Source: Polyangiaceae bacterium | Lineage (GTDB): Bacteria; Myxococcota_A; Polyangia; Polyangiales; Polyangiaceae | Assembly (NCBI GenBank): GCA_035063585.1 | Contig: JAPSGB010000013.1 | Coordinates: forward strand, 40,334 to 104,333 | DNA length: 64,000 nt | Direction of reading: 5' to 3' | Shown here: positions 40,616 to 50,085 of the stretch, piece by piece | Layout: each line of letters begins with the position of its first letter | How positions within the stretch are numbered: position 1 is the first letter of the stretch | Made by a program: the position numbers and the translations under genes | The notes under the pieces: generated by a model | Told to the model about the DNA's origin: nothing | What the model saw: the letters and a program-made list of their open reading frames with translations, nothing else | Databases searched by the model: none

Positions 40616-41673
40616 GCCCGGCGCTCGGAGAGGCTCCGCTTCGCGGCGAGCGCGGGGAGACTCGCCGCGCGCACCTTGGCGCGCAGCTCTGGCCACGACG
40701 CGGGCGGCTGGAACATGCTGCGCTCCGCCTCGCAAGGCGCGGTGCTGCGGCCCTTCATGACGGCATCCATCTCGCGCGCCGCGGCGTCCGGGCTCACGCC
40801 GGTGAGCACGCCGTAGACGTAGAGCTCGGCCGCCGTGCGGAGCTCATCGAGGGGGCAGCTCGGTTTTCCGCCCGCCGCGGGCGGAAAGGCCCGCGCCGCC
40901 TGCCGCGCAGCGGCGAGTCGCTTCACGTAGAGCGGCGCGAAGAGCGCGAGCTCCTTCGAGAACCGCTGACCGTCCCACGACTCGTAACCGCTCACCTCCA
41001 CCGTGAGCGCGTAGAGCGGTCCGCAGGCGACCCGCGGGCAGCCTCCGAGCTCCAAGCTCACGAGCGGCGTCTCGAACTCGGGGATCCCGTCGCCGTCTTC
41101 GTCGCGCGCGCACGAGGGGCAGGTGGGCGCGGAGCCAAGCGCCGTGAAGTCATCGCCGGCGCCGAGCTCGAGCACCAGCATCTCCGTTTGCTGACAGTTT
41201 GCGGCGCACGTCGTGAGCCCGATGAGGACGAAGCGCGCGCCGTCGCCGGTGAGATCCCACAGAAGCGAGCCCTGCTCGGTCGGTATGATGTCGACCATGC
41301 TGCCGTCCCGAACGATCTCCCGCCCATCCGAGCCCGCGCCGACCGCGACGACCCGCGAGGTCACGCGAGCTTCGGCGCGTTCCGGGCTGGGGTCGAAGAC
41401 GAGCAGGGCGGCGTGATGCCCCGGAAGATCGATCCGGCGGCTGAGCTCCCAGCCCGCTGCGCGCGCCTCCCGTTCGGCGCGTGCGAGGTTCGCGCGCAAG
41501 CGCTCCTCGGGAGAGCGCGGCGGAGCCTCCGCCGCCTCCGCGCTTGGCGCAGGGGCCGAGGCGACCGGCGTGACCGGCACCGACACGCGCGGCTCGACCG
41601 GACGCGGCGCGCCGCCGCAGCCGGCGAGCGCCAGCCCCACGAGCAGCCAGCGACGCTCAAGAGCCGAGGACAT
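40606..41673 (-). CDS. hypothetical lipoprotein
   Basis: Lipobox LAGC, Pro/Ala linker, Cys pairs, DxDGDG motif; overlaps the dapB stop. Confidence 0.7.
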   Translation of the reverse strand: MSSALERRWLLVGLALAGCGGAPRPVEPRVSVPVTPVASAPAPSAEAAEAPPRSPEERLRANLARAEREARAAGWELSRRIDLPGHHAALLVFDPSPERAEARVTSRVVAVGAGSDGREIVRDGSMVDIIPTEQGSLLWDLTGDGARFVLIGLTTCAANCQQTEMLVLELGAGDDFTALGSAPTCPSCARDEDGDGIPEFETPLVSLELGGCPRVACGPLYALTVEVSGYESWDGQRFSKELALFAPLYVKRLAAARQAARAFPPAAGGKPSCPLDELRTAAELYVYGVLTGVSPDAAAREMDAVMKGRSTAPCEAERSMFQPPASWPELRAKVRAASLPALAAKRSLSERRAQP

Positions 41674-42445
41674 CCGCGACCGTATAGCGCCCGGGCGCCT
41701 TGCCGATGAGGAACCGCGCGGCGCGGAGCGCGCCGTGCGCGAAGAGCTCTCGGCTGGTCGCGCGGTGCGTGAGCTCGAGCCGCTCGCCCAGCCCGAGCAG
41801 GTGCACCGTGTGATCGCCGACGACGTCTCCGCCGCGCACGCCGAACACCGCGAGCTCGTCGTCGGTGCGCGCGCCGACCTCGCCGTCACGCCCGTGGAGC
41901 TCCCGCACTCCCGCGCGTGCGCTCCGCACCGCCTCCACCAGGCGCCGCGCGGTGCCGCTCGGCGAGTCGACCTTGCGGCGGTGGTGCACCTCCACCAGCT
42001 CGACGTCGAAGCCGGGGCCCAATCGGTCAACCGCGTGCTTGACTATCTCCGCGAGGACCTGGACCCCGAGGCTCATGTTGGCGGCCCAGAGCACGGGCGC
42101 CGCGCGAGAGGCCTTGTCGAGCGCCGCGCGCCCTGCGTCGTCGAGGTTGGTCGTACCGCTCACCACCGCGAGCCCGCGGCGCGCGGTCGCCGCGAGGAGC
42201 CCGGGCACCGCAGAGGCCGTCGAAAAATCGATGACCGCGTCCGCTCCGAGCAGCGCGCTCCCGAGATCCGCGGTCGCGCTCACGCCGAGCGCGCCGACCC
42301 CGGCGAGCTCGCCCACGTCCTTGCCTTCCGCGGGATCGTCGCTCGCGCAGACCGCTCCCACGAGCTCGAGGTCATCCGCCGCGCGGATGAGGCGCGCGAG
42401 CGCCAGCCCCATGCGCCCGGTGGCCCCGTGGAGCGCGACCTTCAC
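41657..42445 (-). CDS. dapB: 4-hydroxy-tetrahydrodipicolinate reductase
   Basis: GATGRMG, IDFS, GTT, ANMSLG, EVHHRRKVDSPSGTA, RGGDVVGDH. Confidence 0.97.
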   Translation of the reverse strand: MKVALHGATGRMGLALARLIRAADDLELVGAVCASDDPAEGKDVGELAGVGALGVSATADLGSALLGADAVIDFSTASAVPGLLAATARRGLAVVSGTTNLDDAGRAALDKASRAAPVLWAANMSLGVQVLAEIVKHAVDRLGPGFDVELVEVHHRRKVDSPSGTARRLVEAVRSARAGVRELHGRDGEVGARTDDELAVFGVRGGDVVGDHTVHLLGLGERLELTHRATSRELFAHGALRAARFLIGKAPGRYTVADVLGS

Positions 42446-43335
42446 GGCGCCTCGAAGCGACGGGTCACCGCGGCGATCTTCTCTCGGGCCCCTTCGCTGG
42501 CCTCGAGGAGCGGCAGCCGTACGCTGGCGCTCATCCGACCGCGCGCCGCGAGCGCGGCCTTCACCGGCTGGGGGTTGGGCTCGATGAACATCGCGGCGTG
42601 CACCGGCAGGAGCCGGAGGTGGAGCTCGCGCGCGGTGTCCCAGTGGCCCGCGAGCGCAGCCGCCGCGCACTCGCGCACCTCGCGCGGGTAGAGGTTCGAG
42701 GTGACGCTCACGACGCCCTTGGCGCCCACGCTCATCATCGGGACGGTGAGGCCGTCGTCGCCGCTCATCACCGTGCAGCGCGCGCCCACGCGGCTGATGA
42801 GCTCCTGGCAGCGGAGCACGTTGCCGGTCGCGTCCTTGACGCCGACCACGTTCGGGCACGCATCGAGGATCGCGATGAGCGTGTCCACCGAGAGCTCGAC
42901 GCCCGTGCGCCCGGGGATGTTGTAGAGCACGATGGGCGCGGAGACGGCCTTCGCCACCGCCTCGACGTGCCGCCGCATCCCCTCTTGAGAGGGCTTGTTG
43001 TAGTACGGCATCACGACCATGATCGCGTCCGCCCCGGCCTCGAGCGCCGCGCGCGAGGCGTCGATGGTCTTGTGCGTGCTGTTCGAGCCGGTGCCCGCCA
43101 TCACCGGGACGCGCCCGCGGACGAGCTTCGCGGTGTGGGCGATGAGCTCGCGCTGCTCCGACTCGGAGAGGGTCGGGGTCTCACCGGTCGTCCCGCACGG
43201 CACGAGCCCGGAGATACCGGCGTCGAGCTGAGACTCGACCAACCGCTCGAAGGCCTGCCAGTCGATCGCCGAGGCGTCAGGCGTGAACGGGGTGACGAGC
43301 GCGGTGTACGCGCCGGAGAGCTCGAAGGCGGCCAT
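42442..43335 (-). CDS. dapA: 4-hydroxy-tetrahydrodipicolinate synthase
   Basis: ALVTPF, GTTGE, PYYNKP, YNIPGRT, GVKDATG, SGDD, NPQPVK. Confidence 0.97.
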   Translation of the reverse strand: MAAFELSGAYTALVTPFTPDASAIDWQAFERLVESQLDAGISGLVPCGTTGETPTLSESEQRELIAHTAKLVRGRVPVMAGTGSNSTHKTIDASRAALEAGADAIMVVMPYYNKPSQEGMRRHVEAVAKAVSAPIVLYNIPGRTGVELSVDTLIAILDACPNVVGVKDATGNVLRCQELISRVGARCTVMSGDDGLTVPMMSVGAKGVVSVTSNLYPREVRECAAAALAGHWDTARELHLRLLPVHAAMFIEPNPQPVKAALAARGRMSASVRLPLLEASEGAREKIAAVTRRFEAP

Positions 43336-43406
43336 GCCCGATGGTTGGGCCGACTCTCGCCGAAAGGCAAGCGGCAAGCCGCGGGCTCCGTTCGCCGGCG
43401 CGCGGC

Positions 43407-44705
43407 TCAGCGCCTCGCGAAGCTCGCGACGAAATACCCGTCGGTCCCGTGCCGCCCGGGCAGGAGCCGAAACGAGGTCGCGCCCTCGCCGACGAGCCCG
43501 CGGAGCTCCGGCGCGTCGAACGGCGTGGGCTCGAGGACGTCGAGGACGCGCTCGACCACCTCCTCCGACTCCTCCCGCAGCACGCTGCACACCGCGAACA
43601 CGACCCGTCCGCCGGCCCGCGCGCGGGTCGCGGCACGCCGCAGGATCTGGTGAGCCAGCTCACCGAGCCGGGCGGGCGCGTCGGGCTCGAGCCGCAGCGC
43701 GATCTCCGGGCGGCGCCGGAGCGTGCCTACCCCGGTGCAGGGCGCGTCGACCAGCACGCGATCGAAATCACCAGGCACCTCGGCGGTGCCGAGCGTGTAG
43801 TCGACCGCAGCGGTGCGGGGCTCGGCGACGCCGAGTCGCTCCGCCTCGCGCGCGAGCACCTCGAGCTTCGACGGATAGAGATCGGTCGCCCACACGACGC
43901 CGGCCGCGCCGACCCGACCAGAGAAGAGGAGCGTCTTCTGGCCGCGACCGGCGCAGGCGTCGAGTACGCGGTCGCCCGGGCGCGCGCCGAGCGCGAGCGC
44001 GACCACCTGCGCGCCCTCCTCCTGCACCACGAACGCGCCCTCTCGGTAGCCTTCGCGGCGTCGCGGATCGCCGCCGGTGACGAGCCGCGCGAGGGGCGAC
44101 GCGCGCCCGCGCTCGGCTTCGGTGAGCCACGCGGGCGAGCCGACCGTCTCCGAGACGCGGAGGCAGGTGGGTGGCTGTTCGTCGCGGCCGGCGCCGAGGA
44201 GCGCGCGCGCTTCCGAGTCGCCCACCGCGCCGGCGAGCCGCTCGAAGAGCCAGCGAGGCGCGCTCTCCACGATCGCCGAAGCGCGCTCGAGATGCGCGCC
44301 CTCCGCGGCGAGCCGGCGCAGCACCGCGTTCGCGAAACCGGCGACGCGGGCGCCGCGGAGCCCGCGCACCGCCTCGACCGCGGCGTCGACCGCGGCGAAC
44401 GGAGGAATGCGCTCGAGGATCAGCAGCTGGTATGCGGCGATCACCAGGTGCGTCTCGACGGCCGCATCCTTCACGCCACGTGGCGCGTGACGAGCGACGT
44501 GCTCGAGGAGCACGCGCCGCGTGCGGAGGCAACCGTAGACGAGCTCGGTGGCGAGCGCGCGCTCACGCGCGTCGAGCTGTGCATGGCGCTCGAGCTCGGC
44601 GTCGAGCGCGGCGGCCGCGTAGGCGCCATCCTTTACCACGCGCTCGAGCACGCGCGCGGCGACCATGCGCGCGGAGATCGCCGAGGTGCGCTCACGCCGC
44701 GGCAT
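43407..44705 (-). CDS. rsmB: 16S rRNA m5C967 methyltransferase (RsmB/Sun)
   Basis: N-terminal NusB-like domain (FANAVLR), VQEEGAQ, DACAGRGQKT, DAPCTGVGTLRRRPE, VCS, DGYF. Confidence 0.9.
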   Translation of the reverse strand: MPRRERTSAISARMVAARVLERVVKDGAYAAAALDAELERHAQLDARERALATELVYGCLRTRRVLLEHVARHAPRGVKDAAVETHLVIAAYQLLILERIPPFAAVDAAVEAVRGLRGARVAGFANAVLRRLAAEGAHLERASAIVESAPRWLFERLAGAVGDSEARALLGAGRDEQPPTCLRVSETVGSPAWLTEAERGRASPLARLVTGGDPRRREGYREGAFVVQEEGAQVVALALGARPGDRVLDACAGRGQKTLLFSGRVGAAGVVWATDLYPSKLEVLAREAERLGVAEPRTAAVDYTLGTAEVPGDFDRVLVDAPCTGVGTLRRRPEIALRLEPDAPARLGELAHQILRRAATRARAGGRVVFAVCSVLREESEEVVERVLDVLEPTPFDAPELRGLVGEGATSFRLLPGRHGTDGYFVASFARR

Positions 44706-44707
44706 CA

Positions 44708-46384
44708 CTATCCGACGAGCGCTCGCAGGTGGCCCCAGATGACGTCCCAGCGCTTGTCGAGATCGTTCTTGAAGGCGAGCACCATGAGCCCGAGCAGGAT
44801 CACCATCCCGATGAGGTGGGCGACCTCACGGACCCGAAGCGGCAGCGGGCGGCGGATGGCCGCCTCGATGGCGAAGAACAAGAGGTGCCCACCGTCGAGG
44901 ACCGGGATGGGGAGCAGGTTCAAGAGGCCGAGGTTGATGCTCACGAGCGCCATCACCCAGAGGAAGTAGGGCGTCCCCTTGCGCCCCTCCTCCCCGGCCA
45001 CCTCGTAGATGGTGATGGGGCCGGAGAGTGATTTCAGGCTCACGCGCCCCTCGAGCACGCGCAAGAGGACGACCAGCGTGAAGCGCGTGACGTCCACGGT
45101 CTCGTCGTAGGCCTTGGCGAGCGCGTAGCGGATCGGAGACGGATGCGCCACGAGCTTCTCCGGCGCGAGCGGCATCCAGTGCTGTACGCGGAGCACGTAG
45201 CGCGCGAAGGTCTGCCCGGTCTCGTCGGTGAAGTCCTCCCGGCGCATCTGGAAGGTGCCCGAGTGCACGCGCCCGTCGGTGGCGCGGAGATACTCGATGC
45301 CGTGCGGCTGGTTCGGCGCAGCCAGCACCTGCTCGCGGAACGTGGACCACGCCGGCATCGGGTCGTCGTCGAGCTTCAGGATCTTGTCGCCCGCGCGGAG
45401 CCCGGCCTTGTAGAGATAGGAGTCGGTCGGGACGTAGCCGGCGTAGAGGTCTGCGAGCTCCATGCCGGTACGCGCCGTGAAATCGGGCCCGCTCGGGTCG
45501 GGCGTGAGCGCGACCACGCCGGCTTCGTACACGGCCATGTCCGCCATGCCGCCCAGGGCGTCCGGCATGCCGACCGGGCGAAGATACGTGATGGGGACCG
45601 TCTCGCCATGGTTGTCTTGGAGCGCGGCGACCAAGTCCATGTATCGATATACCGATTTCCCCGCGACGTAGGTGACGACGTCGAAGGTGCGGAGCCCGGC
45701 CCGATAGGCCGGCGAGTCGGCGTCCGGGATGCCGATGACGGCGGCAGGCGCGCTCGGCTGGATCCCGACCTCTCCGACGTACTCGACGATGTCGAGCTCG
45801 CCGTGCTTCGCCGTCTTCTCGGCGGTCACCTCCACGTCCAGGTAGCGATTGTCGCGAAACACCTTGAAGCGGAGGAGCTTCTCGGGGTTCCGCGCGATGA
45901 TCCGCTTCACCTCGTCGAAGGTGCCGACGTCCTCACCGTTGACCTGCATGATCCGGTCGCCGGGCAGGAGCTTGCCGGCGGCGGGATGCCCGGGGAGCAC
46001 CACCCCGACGGTGGGCGCGAGAAAGGGCCCGGTGCCCACGAACACCGAGAAGTAGAGGAGGAAGGGGAAGACGAGGTTCATCATCGGGCCTGCCAGCACG
46101 ATGACGAGGCGCTTGTACACGGGCAGGGACTCGAAGGTGCGACGCCGATCCTCCGGCAGGACGATGTCCGTCTTGGACGCCTCCAGCATCTTCACGTAGC
46201 CGCCGAGCGGCAGGAGCGAGAGGCAGTATTCCGTCTCCCGACCGCGCAGGCGAAATAGCTTGGGGCCGAAACCCAAGCTGAAGGTGAGCACCTTGACGCC
46301 GAACGCCTTGGCGAAGAGGAAGTGCCCGAGCTCGTGGACGAATATGAGCGAGCTGATGAGGACGATGAAGTAGACGAGATCCAT
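44708..46384 (-). CDS. rseP: RIP metalloprotease with PDZ domains
   Basis: HELGH, FSLGFGP, PLGGYVKM, AGPMMN, NLLPIPVLDGGH. Confidence 0.96.
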   Translation of the reverse strand: MDLVYFIVLISSLIFVHELGHFLFAKAFGVKVLTFSLGFGPKLFRLRGRETEYCLSLLPLGGYVKMLEASKTDIVLPEDRRRTFESLPVYKRLVIVLAGPMMNLVFPFLLYFSVFVGTGPFLAPTVGVVLPGHPAAGKLLPGDRIMQVNGEDVGTFDEVKRIIARNPEKLLRFKVFRDNRYLDVEVTAEKTAKHGELDIVEYVGEVGIQPSAPAAVIGIPDADSPAYRAGLRTFDVVTYVAGKSVYRYMDLVAALQDNHGETVPITYLRPVGMPDALGGMADMAVYEAGVVALTPDPSGPDFTARTGMELADLYAGYVPTDSYLYKAGLRAGDKILKLDDDPMPAWSTFREQVLAAPNQPHGIEYLRATDGRVHSGTFQMRREDFTDETGQTFARYVLRVQHWMPLAPEKLVAHPSPIRYALAKAYDETVDVTRFTLVVLLRVLEGRVSLKSLSGPITIYEVAGEEGRKGTPYFLWVMALVSINLGLLNLLPIPVLDGGHLLFFAIEAAIRRPLPLRVREVAHLIGMVILLGLMVLAFKNDLDKRWDVIWGHLRALVG

Positions 46385-46445
46385 GCGTCGCGGCGACCGC
46401 GCGCGAGCGTAGCATGCGCGCCATTCTGCGTGTAGCGTACGCGCG

Positions 46446-46934
46446 ATGCCCGCTCGCCAGGAGAAGACGGTCTCGGACTCGCGAATCATCATGCATCAAC
46501 TGATGATGCCGGAGCACGCGAACGCGCTCGGTAACGTCCATGGCGGACACGTAATGAAGTTGGTCGACGAGGCGGGCGGAATCGCCGCCATGCGCCACGC
46601 GCAGCGGCCGTGCGTCACGGTCGCGATGGACTCGATGACCTTTCGCTCTCCGGTGCACGTCGGCGAGCTCATGAGCTGCGAGGCGTTCGTGACGTTCGTC
46701 GGGCACTCGTCGGTCGAGGTGCACGTCATCGTGCGCGCCGAGAACCCGATCAGCGGAGCGACCACACATACCAACTCCGCCACGCTCGTCTACGTCGCGC
46801 TCGACGACGCGGGGCGTCCGTGCGGGGTGCCCCGACTCCGGCTCGAGCGGGAGGACGAGCGCCTTCGATGGCGCGAAGCCGAGCGCCGCCAGGAGCAGCG
46901 GCTCGCGGAGACGCGACGAGGCTCATCCGGCTGA
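46446..46934 (+). CDS. acyl-CoA thioesterase (hotdog fold, YciA-like)
   Basis: PEHANALGNVHGG, VDEAG, YVALDDAGRP. Confidence 0.92.
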   Translation: MPARQEKTVSDSRIIMHQLMMPEHANALGNVHGGHVMKLVDEAGGIAAMRHAQRPCVTVAMDSMTFRSPVHVGELMSCEAFVTFVGHSSVEVHVIVRAENPISGATTHTNSATLVYVALDDAGRPCGVPRLRLEREDERLRWREAERRQEQRLAETRRGSSG

Positions 46935-47070
46935 CTCTTAAGGGCGCGAGGTCGCTAGGAGGGCGCGGCGTGGTATGGTCCCGCAACGCCTCGTGGAGCG
47001 GCTCGGCGGGCCCGCCGCCGAGCCCACGGTCGAGGCTGGCCGCTCGAGCCGAGCCGAGAAGGAGTCGAAG

Positions 47071-47508
47071 ATGACGAGCACACCCCCTGCTGAGTCTGGT
47101 TCTGTGCTGGTGCCCTGGGAGCGCATCGTGGCCGACGTAGCCGATGCGCTCATCTTCATCGACGTCGAAGGGCTCATTCGAGCGTGGAACGCGCAGGCCG
47201 AGGCCGTGTTCGGGTTCGACGCCAGTGAGGCGCTGGGGCAGAGCGTCGATCTCATCATCCCGGAACATCTCCGCGCCGCGCACTGGGCGGGCTTTCGCCG
47301 CGCCATGGAACGCGGGCGGACCAGCCGCGGCGCCGAGGTGCGCACCACGCGCGGAATCCACAAGGAAGGCCGCAAGCTCTATGTGGACATGAGCTTCTCG
47401 GTGGTGAAATCGACGGGCGGTGAGGTGCTCGGGTCGGCCGCGATGGCGCGCGACGTGACCGAGCGCTACCTCGCCGAGAAGGCGCGCCGCGCCAGCGCGA
47501 GCACGTGA
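47071..47508 (+). CDS. stand-alone PAS domain protein
   Basis: DALIFIDVEGLIRAWNAQAEAVFG...ALGQSVDLIIPE...ARDVTER. Confidence 0.88.
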   Translation: MTSTPPAESGSVLVPWERIVADVADALIFIDVEGLIRAWNAQAEAVFGFDASEALGQSVDLIIPEHLRAAHWAGFRRAMERGRTSRGAEVRTTRGIHKEGRKLYVDMSFSVVKSTGGEVLGSAAMARDVTERYLAEKARRASAST

Positions 47509-47578
47509 CACGGGCGCCCAGCGTGGCGTCGCGGCCTCCGAGCGGGTAAGCTCGAGCCTTCACACGCTCGGAGGAACC

Positions 47579-48586
47579 ATGATGCGTCAGCAATGGCGGT
47601 GGGGACGCGCGATGACGGGGCTCTCGCTCGCGGTGGCGCTCGCGGCCTGCGGCTCGGGCGAGGGGGGCTCTGCAGACAACGCGGACGCGGGGAACGGCTC
47701 CGGCGGAACGGGGGGCGGGATCTCGCTCGACGACGGCGGGACGGGCGGGGGCGAGCGGCCTCCGCCGGGCCCGTATCAGCTCCCGGACGGCTTCACGGAG
47801 AGTGAGTTCGGGGGATACCTGCTCGGTGACGCCTTCGTCGGGGACACGCCGCCCGCAATCGACGGCGGCGCCGGCGGCACGGACGGATGCGGCTCGACGA
47901 TCCTCGGCGTCGTACGCGACTTCAAGGGCGACGACGAGCCGGGCGGGCACTCGGACTTCGAGCACTATAGCGGGAGCGATCCGACCCTCGGTCTCGCGCA
48001 GGCTGGCCTCGGTGCCGATCTGAAGCCCGTCTACACCGGCAGCTGCGAGGCGAGCCTCATCGGCTCGTGCCCATACGGGCAGCAGACCACGAGCAAGGCC
48101 GATTTCGATGAATGGTACCGCTACGCGGCCGGGGTGAATCGACCCTACCTCGTGTACTTGTCGCTCGAGCCCAACGGCGACGTGCTCACCTTCCAGAGCG
48201 ATACCTTCTTTCCGCTCGACGGCGCCGGCTGGGGCGACTCGCACGACGGGGAGGACGGGCTACCTCATAATTTCGGTTTCACGACCGAGGTCCACACGCA
48301 GTTCAAGTACGCGGGGGGCGAGCACTTCACCTTCGTCGGCGACGACGACGTGTGGGTGTTCATCAACGACCGGCTCGCGGTCGATCTTGGCGGCCTGCAT
48401 CCCTCGGCAACCGGCTCGGTGGACCTCGACTCCAAGGCGAGCGAGCTCGGCATCACCAAGGGCAAGGTCTATCGGCTCGACCTCTTCCACGCCGAACGTC
48501 ACTCGACGGCTTCGCATTTTCGCATCGACACGAACCTCGAGTTCACCAACTGCGGCACCGTAGTCCCCGAGCCGCCGCCTTCCTGA
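47579..48586 (+). CDS. fibro-slime (PA14-related) domain lipoprotein
   Basis: Lipobox LAAC; VRDF..HSDFE, FFPLD, HNFGFTTE, GDDDVWVFIN, FHAERH. Confidence 0.88.
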   Translation: MMRQQWRWGRAMTGLSLAVALAACGSGEGGSADNADAGNGSGGTGGGISLDDGGTGGGERPPPGPYQLPDGFTESEFGGYLLGDAFVGDTPPAIDGGAGGTDGCGSTILGVVRDFKGDDEPGGHSDFEHYSGSDPTLGLAQAGLGADLKPVYTGSCEASLIGSCPYGQQTTSKADFDEWYRYAAGVNRPYLVYLSLEPNGDVLTFQSDTFFPLDGAGWGDSHDGEDGLPHNFGFTTEVHTQFKYAGGEHFTFVGDDDVWVFINDRLAVDLGGLHPSATGSVDLDSKASELGITKGKVYRLDLFHAERHSTASHFRIDTNLEFTNCGTVVPEPPPS

Positions 48587-48640
48587 GCATCTCCTCGACA
48601 AGCTCGCGCGCGGCGCACGAGGCCACGGGTCCGAGTCAGC

Positions 48641-49996
48641 TCAAGGGCAAGAGGTCGCCTGCGCTCGCTCGAGCGCGCCGCGGATTTGCTGCTGAGCGTC
48701 AGGAGCCGACGGCGAGACGAATATGGCTTTGCCCGTCCCTCCGGCTTGCGCGATGCGATCGAAATCGATGACGAGGTCTCCGAGGTTCACGAACCAGGTG
48801 CGGATCGACGGCGTGCCGGCCAGGCCGCTCGCCGCTTCGGCGGCGAGCCCGGTGGCGTCGTTGCTCGTGCATCCGTTCGGATCGCCATCGGTGATGAACA
48901 CGACGGCCCCCGTGTGACCGGCCCGTGCGGCGACGTAGCCGCGCGTGTACGCGAGCACGCCCTTCAGCGCCGGAACGAGCGGACTGCCTCCGGTGGCCAC
49001 TTGGGAGTCTACCACCTGGGCGATCGACGACCCCACCGCTGGCATGCCCGCGAACGCGACCGCAGGCGCTTGGTAGTCGGCAACCGAGCAGGAGTCCCCC
49101 GAACCCAGGCACATGTTGACGAAACACGGCGCGAAAACGCCGCAGTCTGTGTCCGTCACGCACGTCGAGGGAGGCAAGGTGCTCGGGATGAAGGGCATGA
49201 GTTGCAGCGCCGCGGACGCGCCCGTCGCGGTCGCGGTGAACTGCTTCACTGCACCGCTCGCGCTCTGCCACTTGTTGAGGTCCGCCATCGAGCCCGAGTG
49301 ATCGAGCAGGATCATCAGGTCGAGCGGGCCGGTGCATGATGAGCCACCCGAGCCGCCCGAGCCACCCGAGCCACCCGAGCCACCCGAGCCGCCCGAGCCG
49401 CCCGAGCCGCCCGAGCCGCCCGAGCCGCCCGAGCCGCTGACGCCGCCCGAACCGCTGACGCCGCCCGAACCGCTGACGCCGCCCGAACCGCTGACGCCGC
49501 CCGAGCCGCTGACGCCGCCCGAGCCGCTGACGCCGCCCGAACCGCTGACGCCGCCCGAGCCGCTGACGCCGCCCGAGCCGGCAGCGCCCGCCGAGCCGCC
49601 CGTCCCACTGGTTCCGCCGGTCCCCCCGTTCGCGGGCTTGGCGCACCAGCGGTTCAAGGGATCGCAGAGCATGCCCGCCGGGGTGCAGTCCTTGTCGGAG
49701 CGACACGGAGTCCGGCACTCGTCATCGCCGCAGCGCTCGCCGTCTGGGCAATCGTTGTCTCCGACGCACTCGACGCACAGGTGCCGGCTCGGATCGCAGA
49801 CGTCGTCGCCCCCGCAATCCAAGGAGTTCTGGCAAGCGGTGACGGTCGCTCCGCCCACACCGGCTGCGCCGCCGCCGTCCGCCCCGAGGAGGAGATCGCT
49901 GCTAGTCTCGCCGCACGCTGCCAAGACCACGAGCACGCCGCTCGCCAACACCCAACTGCTCTTCTTCCACACGGTGACCTCGTTCGCTACGGCCAT
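48641..49996 (-). CDS. vWA-domain lipoprotein with Cys modules and long Gly/Ser linker
   Basis: Lipobox LAAC; MIDAS DHSGSM and ITDG. Confidence 0.85.
   Translation of the reverse strand: MAVANEVTVWKKSSWVLASGVLVVLAACGETSSDLLLGADGGGAAGVGGATVTACQNSLDCGGDDVCDPSRHLCVECVGDNDCPDGERCGDDECRTPCRSDKDCTPAGMLCDPLNRWCAKPANGGTGGTSGTGGSAGAAGSGGVSGSGGVSGSGGVSGSGGVSGSGGVSGSGGVSGSGGVSGSGGVSGSGGSGGSGGSGGSGGSGGSGGSGGSGGSGGSSCTGPLDLMILLDHSGSMADLNKWQSASGAVKQFTATATGASAALQLMPFIPSTLPPSTCVTDTDCGVFAPCFVNMCLGSGDSCSVADYQAPAVAFAGMPAVGSSIAQVVDSQVATGGSPLVPALKGVLAYTRGYVAARAGHTGAVVFITDGDPNGCTSNDATGLAAEAASGLAGTPSIRTWFVNLGDLVIDFDRIAQAGGTGKAIFVSPSAPDAQQQIRGALERAQATSCP
49341..49580 (-). repeat. coding tandem repeats (GSGGVS)x8 + (SGG)x~10
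   Basis: 18-bp and 9-bp units within the vWA lipoprotein linker. Confidence 0.9.
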
Positions 49997-50085
49997 GGCT
50001 CCCTCGAGCACCCTCGAGCTCCGCCCGCGAAGCCGAGCGTAGCAGTTCCCAGCGCCAGGCCGGCACCCCATCTGCGGCGCGCGCC

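Noticed and set aside
49332..50042. Pro/Glu-rich ORF (PEP/PEPLTP repeats)
   Set aside because: Antisense reading of the Gly/Ser linker in the vWA lipoprotein
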